Positions 38,583 to 50,450 of a stretch of 64,000 nt of DNA are shown here, piece after piece (position 1 is the stretch's first letter; every line of letters begins with the position of its first letter). Source of the stretch: Mustelus asterias (Eukaryota); assembly GCF_964213995.1 (NCBI RefSeq), contig NC_135804.1, forward strand, positions 59,582,001 through 59,646,000, read 5' to 3'. A program made the translations under genes and the position numbers. A model generated the notes under the pieces. It saw only the letters and a program-made list of their open reading frames with translations. It did not search any database and was not told where the DNA came from.

Positions 38583-39464
38583 GAAGCTAGTCCGTAAGTT
38601 CTATGTATTATTTGATCTCAAATATTACTCGTTATCCATTGAGGCAAAATGAAACAGACTGGCGAAATGACTTGGAAAATCTTTAATAAATTGCAGATGT
38701 GCAAATATTAAAAACAAGGTAGGACCTGACTACCATAGTATGGCTCTTGATTTTTGGATCTGCTTTGCGCACAGGTTGACTCGAAGTAGCACCATGCATT
38801 CCATACAGAATGTCAGTGTATGGAGATTGCATGCAGCACGAGTGTCGGGACAACACGGAACTCCCAACACATGGTCATGCATGCTGAAAACGTACAACCA
38901 GTATTAACACCTGATTATTTGTTCCCCTCCTGAGTCAGAGAGCAGAGGCAGGACAATATTTGAGAGGATTGGTCAGAGGGCTAATCTTTTAATGTTTAAA
39001 AACCACACAAGGCCAAATAAAGATATATATTATACATTTTAAAAGTTCGCTTTGTCATGTAGCTGTTAGGAACTCTAATGGAGAGAGTGGGCTTGGAGTG
39101 CATGAAATAAGCTTTAGCTAAAGTGCATTTTGCAATGGACTTTATACTGTGTTGTTTAAGTGCATTCCTGATGTAATGTTGATCCTTACAAACCTCAGTG
39201 ATTACTTCAGATGATGTAGGGAAGTTTATTGCCGTAGTTGATGTATGCAAGCCTTCTAGAAGTTAATGTGAACTATGTCTCTGACAGGTATTGCAGAATC
39301 CAGTGTAGATTGAACACCTGCAAGTAATGTTCCAAAAATGCTGGCACATCACAACTTTAACTTGATTTCTTAAAATCACTGAATTCTTTTGAGGTTTTGA
39401 CGCAGGCACAGAGATCATAAGAGAAGGGTCAGTCTACCTGTAAAATGTATAATTAATATGTCCA

Positions 39465-39615
39465 AACCTTCCCTTCCTTTACACTCCCTTCACCTCCTCT
39501 TCCTTCCTTTTCCCTCATTTCCCTCCCTTTCCCTCTCCTTTATTCCCCTCCCCTCATTTCCGCTCCCCTCCTTTCCTGTTTCCTCTCCTCCCCTTTATAT
39601 CCCTCCCTTTCCACT
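39465..39615. repeat. Polypyrimidine low-complexity tract (CCT/CCCTT)
   Basis: About 150 nt almost exclusively C/T. Confidence 0.85.
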
Positions 39616-40059
39616 CTGTTTACAGAAAGACAACACACCAATTGTGTTAAAGTAAAAAAAAAGTTTCATTGATCGTTCTGTGAAAGTGAGCAATATTTTA
39701 TTCATCGTCATGTTGAAGTGAAAAACTATTTTTTATTAAAATGAAATTTGGAAAAGTTGAGCTAATTAAACGAAATGTCATCTGCAGCTATTAAAGTTAG
39801 ATGTTTCGTTAAATGTTAACATGGTATGAAAGTTTGGCATTCATAACATTATTTTTGTTAATGAATGCTTTCCATTAAACGTTACAAAATTCTGCAGATG
39901 CCTTATTCAAACATCGAAACACAACACCTAATATGGAATACTACAAATGCTTTAGTGAAACATCAAAACACATTTCAACGTGAGATAATTGCAAATGAAG
40001 AACATAATTGAGATTTTAAAAATGCAGCAGAATACCAAGGATAATCACATGATGGTTTA

Positions 40060-41945
40060 CAAAGAACAACGAACTGTATAGCACAGGGACAGGTCCTTCA
40101 GCCCGCCAAGCCTGCCCCGATACATGACGCCTTTCTAAACCAAAGAACTTTTGCTTATATGTGGTCCGTATCCCTCTATTCCTTACCTATTTATGTATCT
40201 GCCAAAATGCCTCTTAAATATTGCTATTTTTTCTGCCAACACCACCTCCTCTGGCAGCACATATCAGTCAATTATCAGCCTCTTTGTAAAACAAATGCCT
40301 CTCCCATCTCCTTTAAACTGCCCCCCTTTTTCCTGAAAGCTATGTCCACTCGTTATTGAAACTTCTACCCTGCGAACAAGACTGACTGTCCATGCCTCTC
40401 AAAATTTTGTAAACTACTCTCAGATGGCCTTCGAAATTCAAGTGGAAACAAACCAAGTTAATCCAGTGTCTCATCATACCTAATACCCTTCAGAACAGGC
40501 AACATACTGGTAAACCTTTCTGTACACTCGCCAAAGTTTCCACATCCTTCTGATAGTGTGACAGCCAGGACCTTATGCAGTATTCCAAATGTGGCCGAGC
40601 TAAAATTCTGTACATCTGCAACATGACTTCCATGTTTTTATACTCTAGGCCCCGACTGCTTCAGGCAAGCTTGCCATAGACCCTCTTGACCAACTTATCC
40701 ACACGTGTTACCACTTTCAGGGAACTGGAGACCTGTATGCTTAAATCCTTTTGTATGTTAATTCTTCTCAGGGTTCTGCCATTTACTGTATACTTCCCTC
40801 CTGCCTTTGACCTTCCAAAATGCATCACCTCACCTTTGTCTGGGTTAAATTCTATCTGCCATTTCTCCACTCATGTCTCCACCCCATCCATATCCTGCCG
40901 TATCCTCTGGCAATCCTCTGCACTATCCACACGCAGCTCCCCGAATCTTTGTGTCGTCCACAAACCGACATTCTCCTCCAAAGCACTTACACACATATTA
41001 CAAACAACGGGGTCCCAGCACCGATCCCTGTGGACACCACTGGTCACATAACTCAAGTCAGAAAAACACACTTCCACCTCTACTCCCTGTCTTCTATGAT
41101 GCAGCCAGTTCTGTATCCATCTTACCAGCACACCACAGATCCCATGCTGCACAGTCTGTATCAGCCTGCCATGAGGTACCTTCACAAAGACCTTATTAAA
41201 CTCCTTGTAGACATGTCCTCCTCAATCGTCTTTGCCGCTTACTCAAAATACTCATTCAGGTTTATGATAGACAACCGCCCCAGCACAAAGCATGTTCCTA
41301 TCGCTAATCCGTCTATCTTTTTCCAAATGTAAGTAAATGCTGCCCCTACGTATGCTCTCCAATTATTCCGCTACCATTGATATAAGGCTCAGCAGCCTGT
41401 AATTTCCTGGATTATCCCTCTTGCCCTTCTTAAACGAAGGATCAACAGTGGCTATTCTCCAGTCCTCTGACACGTCTCCTATGACTAAAATGGAGAGAAC
41501 GTTTTCCTACAAGGCCCTAGAAATTTCCTCCCTCAGTATTCTGGGATAGATCCTGTTAGGTCCACGGGACTGCTCTAACTTAATGCTTTTCAAAACATCC
41601 CACACCTGTTCCTTTTTAAATTAACATGTCCTAGAATATCAACATGACATTCTCTCGACTCAACATCCACTATGTCCTTCTCCTTTGTGAATACTGATGC
41701 AAAGTATTCGTTAAGCACATCACCCACTTTCTCTGGTTCTATGCATAAATTCCTCCTTTGTCCTTGAGTGAATCTATCCTTCCACGAGCTACCCTCTTGC
41801 TCCTTGTATATATCCATAATGCCATGGGATTTTCCGTAATCCGTAATGCCAACATGCCATTGCCCCCATTCAGACATCCAAACTCACTGTTTGAGTTCTT
41901 TCTTAGATTTTCCAGGGCCCAGAATGTGAACTCTCCTTTCTCACC
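40060..41945 (-). mobile_element. CR1 LINE ORF2 fragment
   Basis: EKWQIEFNPDKGEVMHFG, KVPHGRLI, LNEYFASVFTKE. Confidence 0.9.
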
Positions 41946-42369
41946 CTCATCCAATAAAGTATCCAAATCATGGTCCGCGAAATTCTGATCTTTCCTATTC
42001 GCAATTGCATTTTCAGTTTCCACAATGTAAATGAGAACAAATAGAAACATTTAAGCGTGTCACACGTAAAGTTATATAGTAATATAACACGGATTGCAAT
42101 AGTAGTTTCACAGATTTAAAACAAGTAACAAAGCCATGATAATCATCATTAATCATAAAAATAAATTAGAAAAATACACTTTAAATGAATAAATGACAAT
42201 AGGATTAACGGTTCAAAGGATAAACTTCAACATGCCTTTAAGATGGTAGAGTCTTTTGAGCGGTAGTGGTAATATTGGGAAATATTGCACTAGAATTCAG
42301 AGATGCATGTTTAAATGAACATATGTAATTATGGGCAATTTGAATCTGTAGAACGATTGGGAGACTCGA

Positions 42370-44812
42370 ATTAATCAAGAGTACAAAAGAGGAGGCAATT
42401 CTGGAGTGGTGATGGGATAGATTTCCAAAGCAATACATTGGGGAATCGACAAGGGAAGAGGCCATCCGAGACAGTGCAATGTGAACTGATTAGTTGGCAA
42501 TCTAGTTGTGAGGGAACCCTTGGGGACGTGTGACCTTAATATGATAGAATTCTTTCTCAAGATAGATGGTGATGCAATTGATCCTGAGATCAGTTTCCTG
42601 AATCTCAGCAAAGGTAACTGTGGTGGTATGAGACATGAATTGGCACTGATGGACTGGGAAACATTACCAAAAGGAAAGACAGTGGACAGGCAAAGCAACC
42701 ATTTAAGGAACAAATATGTGAATCCAGAAGTTGTTTATTCCTGTTTTGTACAAGGGTGGTAAGGGAACTGTGGCCAAACCATGGCTTACAAGGGGAATTA
42801 GAGATACTATTAGACGAAGAAGCATACAAATTGCCAAGAAAAAGCAATAGACCTCCATTGGGAACAGTTTAAAATTCAGCAAAGGAGAGCCAAGGGATTG
42901 ATTAAGAATGGGACACTGGAGTTTGAAAGAATGCTAGCGGGGAGCATGAAAACTGACTGTAAATGTTTCTCTCGATATGTAGACAGAAAAAGATTGACAA
43001 AAATGGACGTTGGACACTTATAGTCAGAAGTGGGAGAATTCATAACGGGGAACAAAGAAATGGCTAAGGAATTAAATTTGTAGTGTGCTTCAGTCTGCAC
43101 AAAGGAAGACATGAACAATGTACCAAACGTTCTGAGAGAAACAAGTATTAATGAGGAGCGGAAGGAAATCAGCATTAGTAGAGACATGGTACTGGGGAAA
43201 TTGATGGGAGTGATGGTGGATAAATCTCAGGGCCTGATAATCTTCATCCCGGAATATTTAAGGAAGTGGCCCTGGAAATAGTAGATCGATTGATGGTTAT
43301 TTTCAAAAATTCTTGGGACAACAGATTGGAGGGTAGCTAATGTAAGCCCGCTACCCAAAAAGGGAGGCAGAGAGAAAACAGGAAACTATAAACCAGTGAG
43401 CCTAACGCCACTAATGTTGAAGTTGTTAGAATCCATTGTCAAGGATTTCATGACTCAACATTTGGAAAGCAGTCGTACAATCAGACGAAGTCAGCATAGA
43501 TTAACAAAGGAGAAATCATGCTTGACGAATCTATTGGACTGCTTTGAGATTGTAACTAATTGACTGGACCGAGAAGAACCAGGGGCTGTGGTTTATTTAG
43601 ATTTTCAGAAGGCTTTCGACAATGTCTCGCATAGCACACTATTATGTAAAGCAAAAGCACATGGGTTGCCGGTAATATCTTGAGATGGATATAAAACTGG
43701 CCAGGAGATAGGAAGCAAAGAGTAAATGCATCTTTTTCTGCTTGGCAGGCAGTGACTAGTGGGATACTGCAAGGATCTATGCTGGGACCCCAACTATTCA
43801 TATTATATATTAGTGATTTGGAAGATGGAACTAAATGTATTATCTCTAAATTTGCAGATGATACAAAGTTGGGTGGGCGGGTGTGCTGTGAGGAGGATAC
43901 AGGACAGGAGAGATTGTTCAGGGTGATTTGTACAGGCTGTGTGTGGGTATAAGCATGGCAAATGCAGTACAACACGAATAAATGCGACATTATCCACTCT
44001 GGTAGCAATAATAGAAAGACCGATTATTACTCGAAGGGGTGTAACGTGAGAGATACTCGGCGGAGCCTTGGCGTCCTCATGGATCAGTCGCTGAAAGTAA
44101 ACACGCAAGTATAGTTGGCAGTAAAGCAGGCAAATGGTATGTTGGCCTGCATAGCGAGAGGATTTGAGTAGAGAAATAGTATATGCAATTGTTTAGGTCG
44201 CTGGTGAGGCCACACTTGGAGTATTATGTGCAGTTTTGCTGTGTTTATCTGAGGACGGATATCGTTGCTACAGAGGGAGTGCCATGAAGGTTTACTTTGC
44301 AGATTCCTGGGATGGCATGTCTGTCACACGAGGAGAGATTAAGTCGGTTAAGAATGTATTCACAAGAGTTTAGAAGAGTGAGAGGGGATCTCATAGAGAA
44401 TTTAAAAGTTCGAACAGGGTTAGACAGGGCAGATTCTGAAATAATGTTGCTGATGGTGGTAAATTCCAGTGCTGGAGACATAGTTTGAGGGTGAGGGGTA
44501 ACCATTTCAGAACTAAAGTGAGGAGACATTTCTTCACCCAAAGGATGGTGAATGTTTGTAATTCACTACGACAGAAAATAATTGAGGTCAAGATTTGTGT
44601 GATTTCAAGAAGAAATTAGATATAACTCCTCGGGCTAAAGGATCCAAGGGATATTGCGGCGTGGGCGGGGGGTGGGGGCGGGGAGGGGGGTAGGTGCGGG
44701 GACGAAGGCGGTATCAGGATGTAGAATTTGATGATTAGCCATGATCTTCACCGGCGAAACAGGCTCGAAGGGCCGAATAGCCTACTCCTGCTTCGAGTTT
44801 TCATGTTTCTAT
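42370..44812 (+). mobile_element. CR1 LINE ORF2 fragment with 3' tail
   Basis: VTSGILQGSMLGPQLF...KFADD, EERLSRL; tail gggccgaatagcctactcctg. Confidence 0.9.
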
Positions 44813-45924
44813 CTCTCTGCCTTCACTTTAAAATTGTTGTTTCATAGCATGAACTTATGGGCGTTCCCAATCTGATCTGTCCGTCGGGGGCTTGGCTGCT
44901 CTCCCCTTGCGTCGCACTATCGCTGTAGAATGAAGGCTGCGGCAGCAAAGGGGAGTTTAATCGGGATTTTCCAACGCAGGTCAGTAAATTGGTAAGGAAT
45001 CCCTGGCGGCTCTTGGCTTTCCACCGCAAGGCGGAAGGGTGTGCATGCTCTCTCTCCGTATCTTCTGCTTCCCTCTGAATAGCAGTCACTTGCTGCTCAA
45101 CTTGCTCACTGAAAATGTCTGCTTTCCAACTCATTTTAGTCCATAACCCACAGCGAGATCAATGCTGTTACTGAATTGTAATTGGCTTTACTGAGGCGGA
45201 CTTAATTCTTAGTTGTCTTAAGGGGGCGGTGATCAATGTATTGTTCGAGGTGGGCATGGTTAGTTTTAAATCAGTTTCTCAAGTGCGATGGTCATCTATT
45301 GATATAATGTCTCATTGTTCCTTGACTGGCCATCCAAGTTGTCAATTACTTGTCGGACCATCAGCTCATTAAAGTTTGTTCGTTATTATAATTCTTGCCA
45401 AGAGAAAATAATGCTTCGTGATATTTTCATTGCCCAGCTATTCAGATTGGCGAACATTATATGTAACGGAAAATGATTGGGAAAAATAACAGTTCGGGTT
45501 CTTTTTCAAAGATTCTGAAGAGAGGAAAGGCGAATAAAAGCAAGAATTGAAAAACGGTCAAAAGATGGAGCTTGTAGATGGCTTTAAGACCCAGAGGAAG
45601 GGGTTAGCTGCAAATGGACGTGGTAAGTTTATTTAGAGAAATGCCGAGTAAAGGACACCCTGGTCAAGGTTCAAAGGCACGCTACTCTTCGCACCATTCT
45701 AGTTCAACCCGCTGTACGTTTGTTGACATCCACCCACTCATTCTCCTTGATACGGGATATAATTGCAAGTGTTCATGCTTGCAATTATAGAGATTTAACG
45801 AAATATCTGGTGGCTGAGAAACTTCAACTTACACACCCCATCGTATTCCACCCTATCATAGAACTTCCTTTTCATCCATCCTTCTACATATTTAAACATT
45901 TTAGCATCTATTGCATTTCTACCA

Positions 45925-46040
45925 AATGCAAGTACTGCTGATGCCGGAAATCTGAAATAAAGGTAGAAAATGTTAGAGCTACCCAACAGACTTGGCAGCA
46001 TCCGTGGCGAGAAAAATAGAGTTAATTGTTCAGGTCAAAA
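45925..46040 (-). mobile_element. Penelope-derived short repeat
   Basis: gctgatgccggaaatctgaaataaa...ggcagcatccgtgg; homologous to 48945-49045 and 15215-15330. Confidence 0.6.
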
Positions 46041-46349
46041 GATATTTCCTAACCATCGACTGTATCCCCTCCCTGGTAAATATCTGGGGAGAATCAGGCT
46101 GTTTGCAATATTGATGTTATGTTTGATTCTTCGATGATATTCTGACCATATATTAGCAACTGCACGAAATTTGTTTACTTTTATCTTTGCAATATAGCAA
46201 ATTCCGTCCTGATCTAATACAATCTGTCCCTGCAAAACTCACCTATGTGTTTGCAACATCCAAGTTTTACTTCTCTTATTAACTTCTGGCCAGCCACACA
46301 CACCGAACGCTCTATAAACATACAGTTACCTAACAGTTTGCTGGCAATT

Positions 46350-46760
46350 CCACAACTCTCATCAAATCGTTTCATCCATTAGCTATGTGTTCGCTGATCT
46401 ACATTTGCTCCCAATTAAGCAATGCCATTTGAAATACTTATCCTTCCTATTTACACAGCCTCCTTCCAATCTCTGTGATGTTCTCTTGCCGTAAAGGCGT
46501 CGGCTGTACCGCACTCTCCAAATTACGGCTCTTTGAGGATTCCAAAACTCCATTATTCCGCCATTGGCAGCCTACCCGCCGCTTTCAACGCACCAAGCAC
46601 TGTATTGCACTCCCAAAACCTTAGCCTCCCCGCCTTTTTCCTCCTCTAATAAACACCTTAACACTTCCCTATTTGATGAAGTTTTACGGCCCAAGATACC
46701 TCGTTGTTCGATGAGGTGTCAATTTTTACATTACCATGGCGCTTTTAAACATTTCATTGC
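46350..46760 (+). mobile_element. L2 LINE 3' fragment
   Basis: Degenerate LHWLP.KQR-like segment ctacatttgctcccaattaagcaa. Confidence 0.5.
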
Positions 46761-46844
46761 TTCACAGGCGCGAAATAAAACAAAATGATGTTGTAAATCA
46801 TCCATCATCTTTTGTTGCTGGTCGCGCTACAAGTCATTCCAAAA

Positions 46845-46960
46845 GTTGCGGAAGAGCAGAATGGTTACAAATAAAACGTATTTTCTTACCAACGGGCATA
46901 AGACTTCAAACGTCACTGCTCTCGTCTCAGAGTCAATACTCAGCAGACAATTTGCATAGT
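46845..46960 (+). promoter_or_regulatory. Putative promoter of the V-C1 gene: Ets (gcggaag), CRE half-site (acgtcact), octamer ATTTGCAT 46950-46957
   Basis: Exact octamer 54 nt upstream of the leader ATG. Confidence 0.45.
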
Positions 46961-47010
46961 GGCAAACGCATGGTCAGTGCAGCCAGACATCAGTTGAGCT
47001 TTATCTTGCA

Positions 47011-47071
47011 ATGTTGCCGAATTTGATCTTTCTCTTCATGTTCCTGTCTCTCCCGATGATCATTTTAACAG
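47011..47071 (+). CDS. V-C1 receptor exon 1: signal peptide MLPNLIFLFMFLSLPMIILT(G)
   Basis: Hydrophobic leader; phase-1 donor ACAG|gtattg. Confidence 0.85.
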
Positions 47072-47271
47072 GTATTGAGATATTCTCTATCCCAGATGAC
47101 TTATTAAATAAAGCATTTTTCCACAGTTCTCACATCAGTTCTATTAAATGTAATTCGTATGTCTGTAATCGTTTTCTTTTTTGCATTTCCATGCAGAAAT
47201 GTGTACCAAAGTCTCTGGTTTCACTTTGAATACAGTTAATTAATACAAACCTTAAATATATTTTCTAACAG

Positions 47272-47592
47272 GTGCTCCAGGAGCTTCGATCAGCGTGTCT
47301 CAAAATCCTAAACAGGTAACTATATTGAGGGGGACAAACATCACCTTCTACTGCATAATCCCCCTTTCTCATGACAATGTGGATGTCGAGGTGCTTTGGT
47401 GGAAACAGGGTGAGAATAAATATATGACAAATGGAACCGATGACAGAAAACGATTCGATTTCAAAATTAAAGGAGGTGGTTTATTTGAGCTGCGAGACGC
47501 GACGCCCCAGGATTCAGGAATCTATCACTGTGCAGTGATCCGTCAGGGAAATAATAGTGGAAATGGAACAGGATCAAATTTAATTGTCTGCG
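47272..47592 (+). CDS. V-C1 receptor exon 2: germline-joined IgSF V-J domain (NKp30/SIRP/antigen-receptor-like)
   Basis: ttttctaacag acceptor; VSQNP, FYC, WWKQ, DSGIYHC, J-like GNGTGSNLIV; donor G|gtaagt, phase 1. Confidence 0.92.
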
Positions 47593-48198
47593 GTAAGTGA
47601 CTGAAATGACCGGGAACGTCAAGCGCTCTGTTTTGCCATTGTTTTATTGTGCTGCCTTTGATGTTGTAAAGCTCTGTGCACAACTGCTAATTACGCAGCG
47701 CAAATGTGACATTTTATTTGCTGTGTTATTCCAAACGGCTTGAAATACTCAGCAATTCAGGGCATGTCTGCGAAGAGAGAGGCAAAGTTAAAGTCTCAGG
47801 TCTATCAACTTTTTGAGTAAAATGTTACCTGATTCATCTCAAAATGTAATTTTTACATCAGGTTTCTTAGTCCGAGGTTGGCCCACGTAGTCTCGATTCC
47901 CCAGCCAGAGGAAACAACCTCGCCGAATCTATCCTGTCAAGCACATTTACAATCTTGAATGTTCCAATGACATCACTTTATTCTAACTTTTTCATTCTTC
48001 GCCTGTATGAGCTTCCATAAATCTATATAACCTTGCTTTTATTACCGGTGTCGGACAGATTGTTTTTTTCTTGCGGGCGCTGTTGACTGATCTATTCTTA
48101 CGAACATAAAGGGAAGCGAATGAGGATATAATTCACCTCTCATTCCTTACTCTGAACATTTCTCCACCAACCTGACTTTCCCCATGTTCTGTTCGCAG

Positions 48199-48510
48199 CT
48201 ACACCATCTTCGTTAAAGATTTTCGCTAAGCATCCCGCAAGCAATTCAACTACGTTCCTGACTCTTGTGTGTCAGACGGCTGGATTTTACCCGGGTGATT
48301 TGACCCTCCTTTGGTATAAAAATGGCGTCAACATCGCAACGGTGGGAAATCCGATCAAACAGCAGAATGCAGAAGGACTGTATGAAGTTTCCAGCTCTTT
48401 TGTAGAGCAACACTTTGTGCGGAACGAAGCTGTTTACATCTGTTTGGTAACTCACATCTCCCTCCGGAGTCCCGCCATTGCCATTCACACTGTTACCAAC
48501 TCCTGCTCAG
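48199..48510 (+). CDS. V-C1 receptor exon 3: IgSF C1 domain
   Basis: gttcgcag acceptor; LVCQTAGFYPGDLTLLWYKNG and YICLVTHISL C1 signatures; donor TCAG|gtatgt, phase 1. Confidence 0.92.
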
Positions 48511-48944
48511 GTATGTGGCCAACAGGCCAAGAAACAATCTCCAAATTCAGTAAGGGGCATTTCTTGGAGTTTATTGGCACTGGCAATTTTAAAATAATAT
48601 CCCGAAATATCCAATCTAAGGAAATCTTATGTTTTCAGTCAAGATATATTGAAACAAACATCTTGTCAAACCTAAGTAATTGTACTGACTTCCGACTGAA
48701 TGGTGTATTACAGCAGGTTCTTAATTGTTTGAAAATAAAAAAAGAACAAGTGAGTTTTCTCTCCCATCCAATTATTTTACACTATTAACCTATTATTCGA
48801 CATTGAGTTACTTCTTATTTTATTTTCCCAGTATCAGTTTTCCTCACACGATTTTACAGAAAATGAAGCGTCAGTTTGTTTTATTGGCCTCATGTGAAAG
48901 TGTCAGAAGCTACCCGTTTAGACAGCTCCTATTGGGCTTGTTTC

Positions 48945-49045
48945 TGTAGAAAGGTAATTTCGACCCGTAACGTTAACTCTGTTTCTCTCCACAGATGCTG
49001 CCAGACCTACAGCATTTTCTGTTTTTATTTTTCTTTATGCAGCGT
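48945..49045 (+). mobile_element. Penelope-derived short repeat (intronic)
   Basis: cgacccgtaacgttaactctgtttctctccacagatgctgccagacc. Confidence 0.65.
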
Positions 49046-49812
49046 TTTGGAGCGGGGAGGCATTTCATAAAATGCATTTCGACTTTAACTGTGATTTGCT
49101 TCCATTAAATGTAACTGAAACTCGTCTGATTAATGATAGCTATTTCCGTTTAATTAATAAATAACATAAGTTCAATGTGAGGGTGAAAGGTAAGCATTAC
49201 TTTGACAGCGATCTCCTTTCCGATGTAGTGACCGTCTGCAGTTAATAAACTGCAGACAATTGAGCATTTATTTTGTTGAATTGAAACAAAAACTACTCCT
49301 TTCAGCCTTGGCAAGTCCAAGTCTCACTAATTTGCCGCGAATTAATCAAATAAGAGTGGAAGAGGCAAAGAAAATTGAAGTTGCAGAAAACGTCCTTCTG
49401 TCAAACGGAATGTTAACCCTCTCACTCCAATGTTTAGAACATCCGAAACTGGTAATCTCCCTGGTAGATAATTATGGCCTTGTGCCACCCTTTGTGAAAG
49501 TAAGTTACTTTTACTTGCAGCTTATGATGGTAAATGTCATGGCCCCTGGAGTTCTGGAGTTAAGTCTTTAATTAGAAGTACAATATGTAAAATGATTGGG
49601 AGACAAAGATGATCCGGCTGCTCGTTTGTAGTTTTTCCACATCATATCTAGAAAAATGACTTAGGGTTATTTTTAAACGTCCTTCCCCGAGGGCTGTCGT
49701 ACATAGCTGCTGTAAATATGAGCAGTAGTTTACCCAATCGATTATCGTGAGAGTCAAGGATCGGTAATGCAGAAACAAATTAAAACACAGAACCAACCAT
49801 TTTTTCTTGCAG

Positions 49813-49923
49813 ATTCTGATGGTGGGTGTCATTACCTCTGGATTTCTAGGTGTGTCATGGGTGGATTGGTGTTTCTGATGCTTATAATCATCACTAGGGC
49901 GGAATTGATTTCGAAGAATAAAG
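49813..49923 (+). CDS. V-C1 receptor exon 4: stalk and TM, DSDGGCHYLWISRCVMGGLVFLMLIIITRAELISKNK
   Basis: Strong acceptor tttttcttgcag, in frame with the C1 exon, hydrophobic span, donor AAG|gtaatc. Confidence 0.85.
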
Positions 49924-49999
49924 GTAATCCATAATTTTCATTTTGAGATAAATCTTCAGGGCGACGGTAAGGGCGCCCTGACGTAATCCCACGTGTCTT

Positions 50000-50450
50000 T
50001 AGAATGCAGAAGGAGGCCTTTCGGCCCACCCAGATTTCATTGATTCGCTGAAAGTGCATTCTACTAAACCCCACTCCATTCCTTTTCTCCGTAATTCTGC
50101 TTGTTATTTCTTTTGAGATATCAATCAAATTCCCTTCGAATACATCGATCGAACTTGCTTCCAACATCCTTTAAGGAAATTCGTTCCAGGCTCCAACCAC
50201 CCTTTGGGTGTACAAAAGCCTCACGTAATTTCTATTGCTTTGCCTATTATTTTGAAACTGTGCCCCGTAGTTTTTGATGTACACCTGAGGGAAAAGAGTT
50301 TCTCACTGATTGCCCTGTCCATACCCCCCAGGACGTGGGATACCTTTATAAACTTTCCTCTCAGCCATCTATTTTCCAAGGAAAACAGACCCAATTTAAA
50401 CAATCTATGCTCATATCATGTTTCCTCAGAATCATTCTTGTGAATTTCCT
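50000..50450 (-). mobile_element. CR1 3' fragment
   Basis: KLGLFSLENRWLRG; tail ggcctttcggccc. Confidence 0.8.

Noticed and set aside
47526-47532. Perfect CACTGTG heptamer inside the V exon (possible RSS)
   Set aside because: It arises from the Y-H-C codons; no nonamer at 12- or 23-nt spacing. No convincing heptamer-nonamer pair was noticed elsewhere by eye.
47272-48510. Germline-joined Ig light chain interpretation
   Set aside because: No FGxG, a divergent V framework, and C1 splices on to a TM exon instead of ending in a stop
48511-48788. ORF read-through after the C1 exon (possible secreted tail)
   Set aside because: Strong donor at 48511; the read-through is AT-rich with no recognisable motif, though a retained-intron form cannot be excluded
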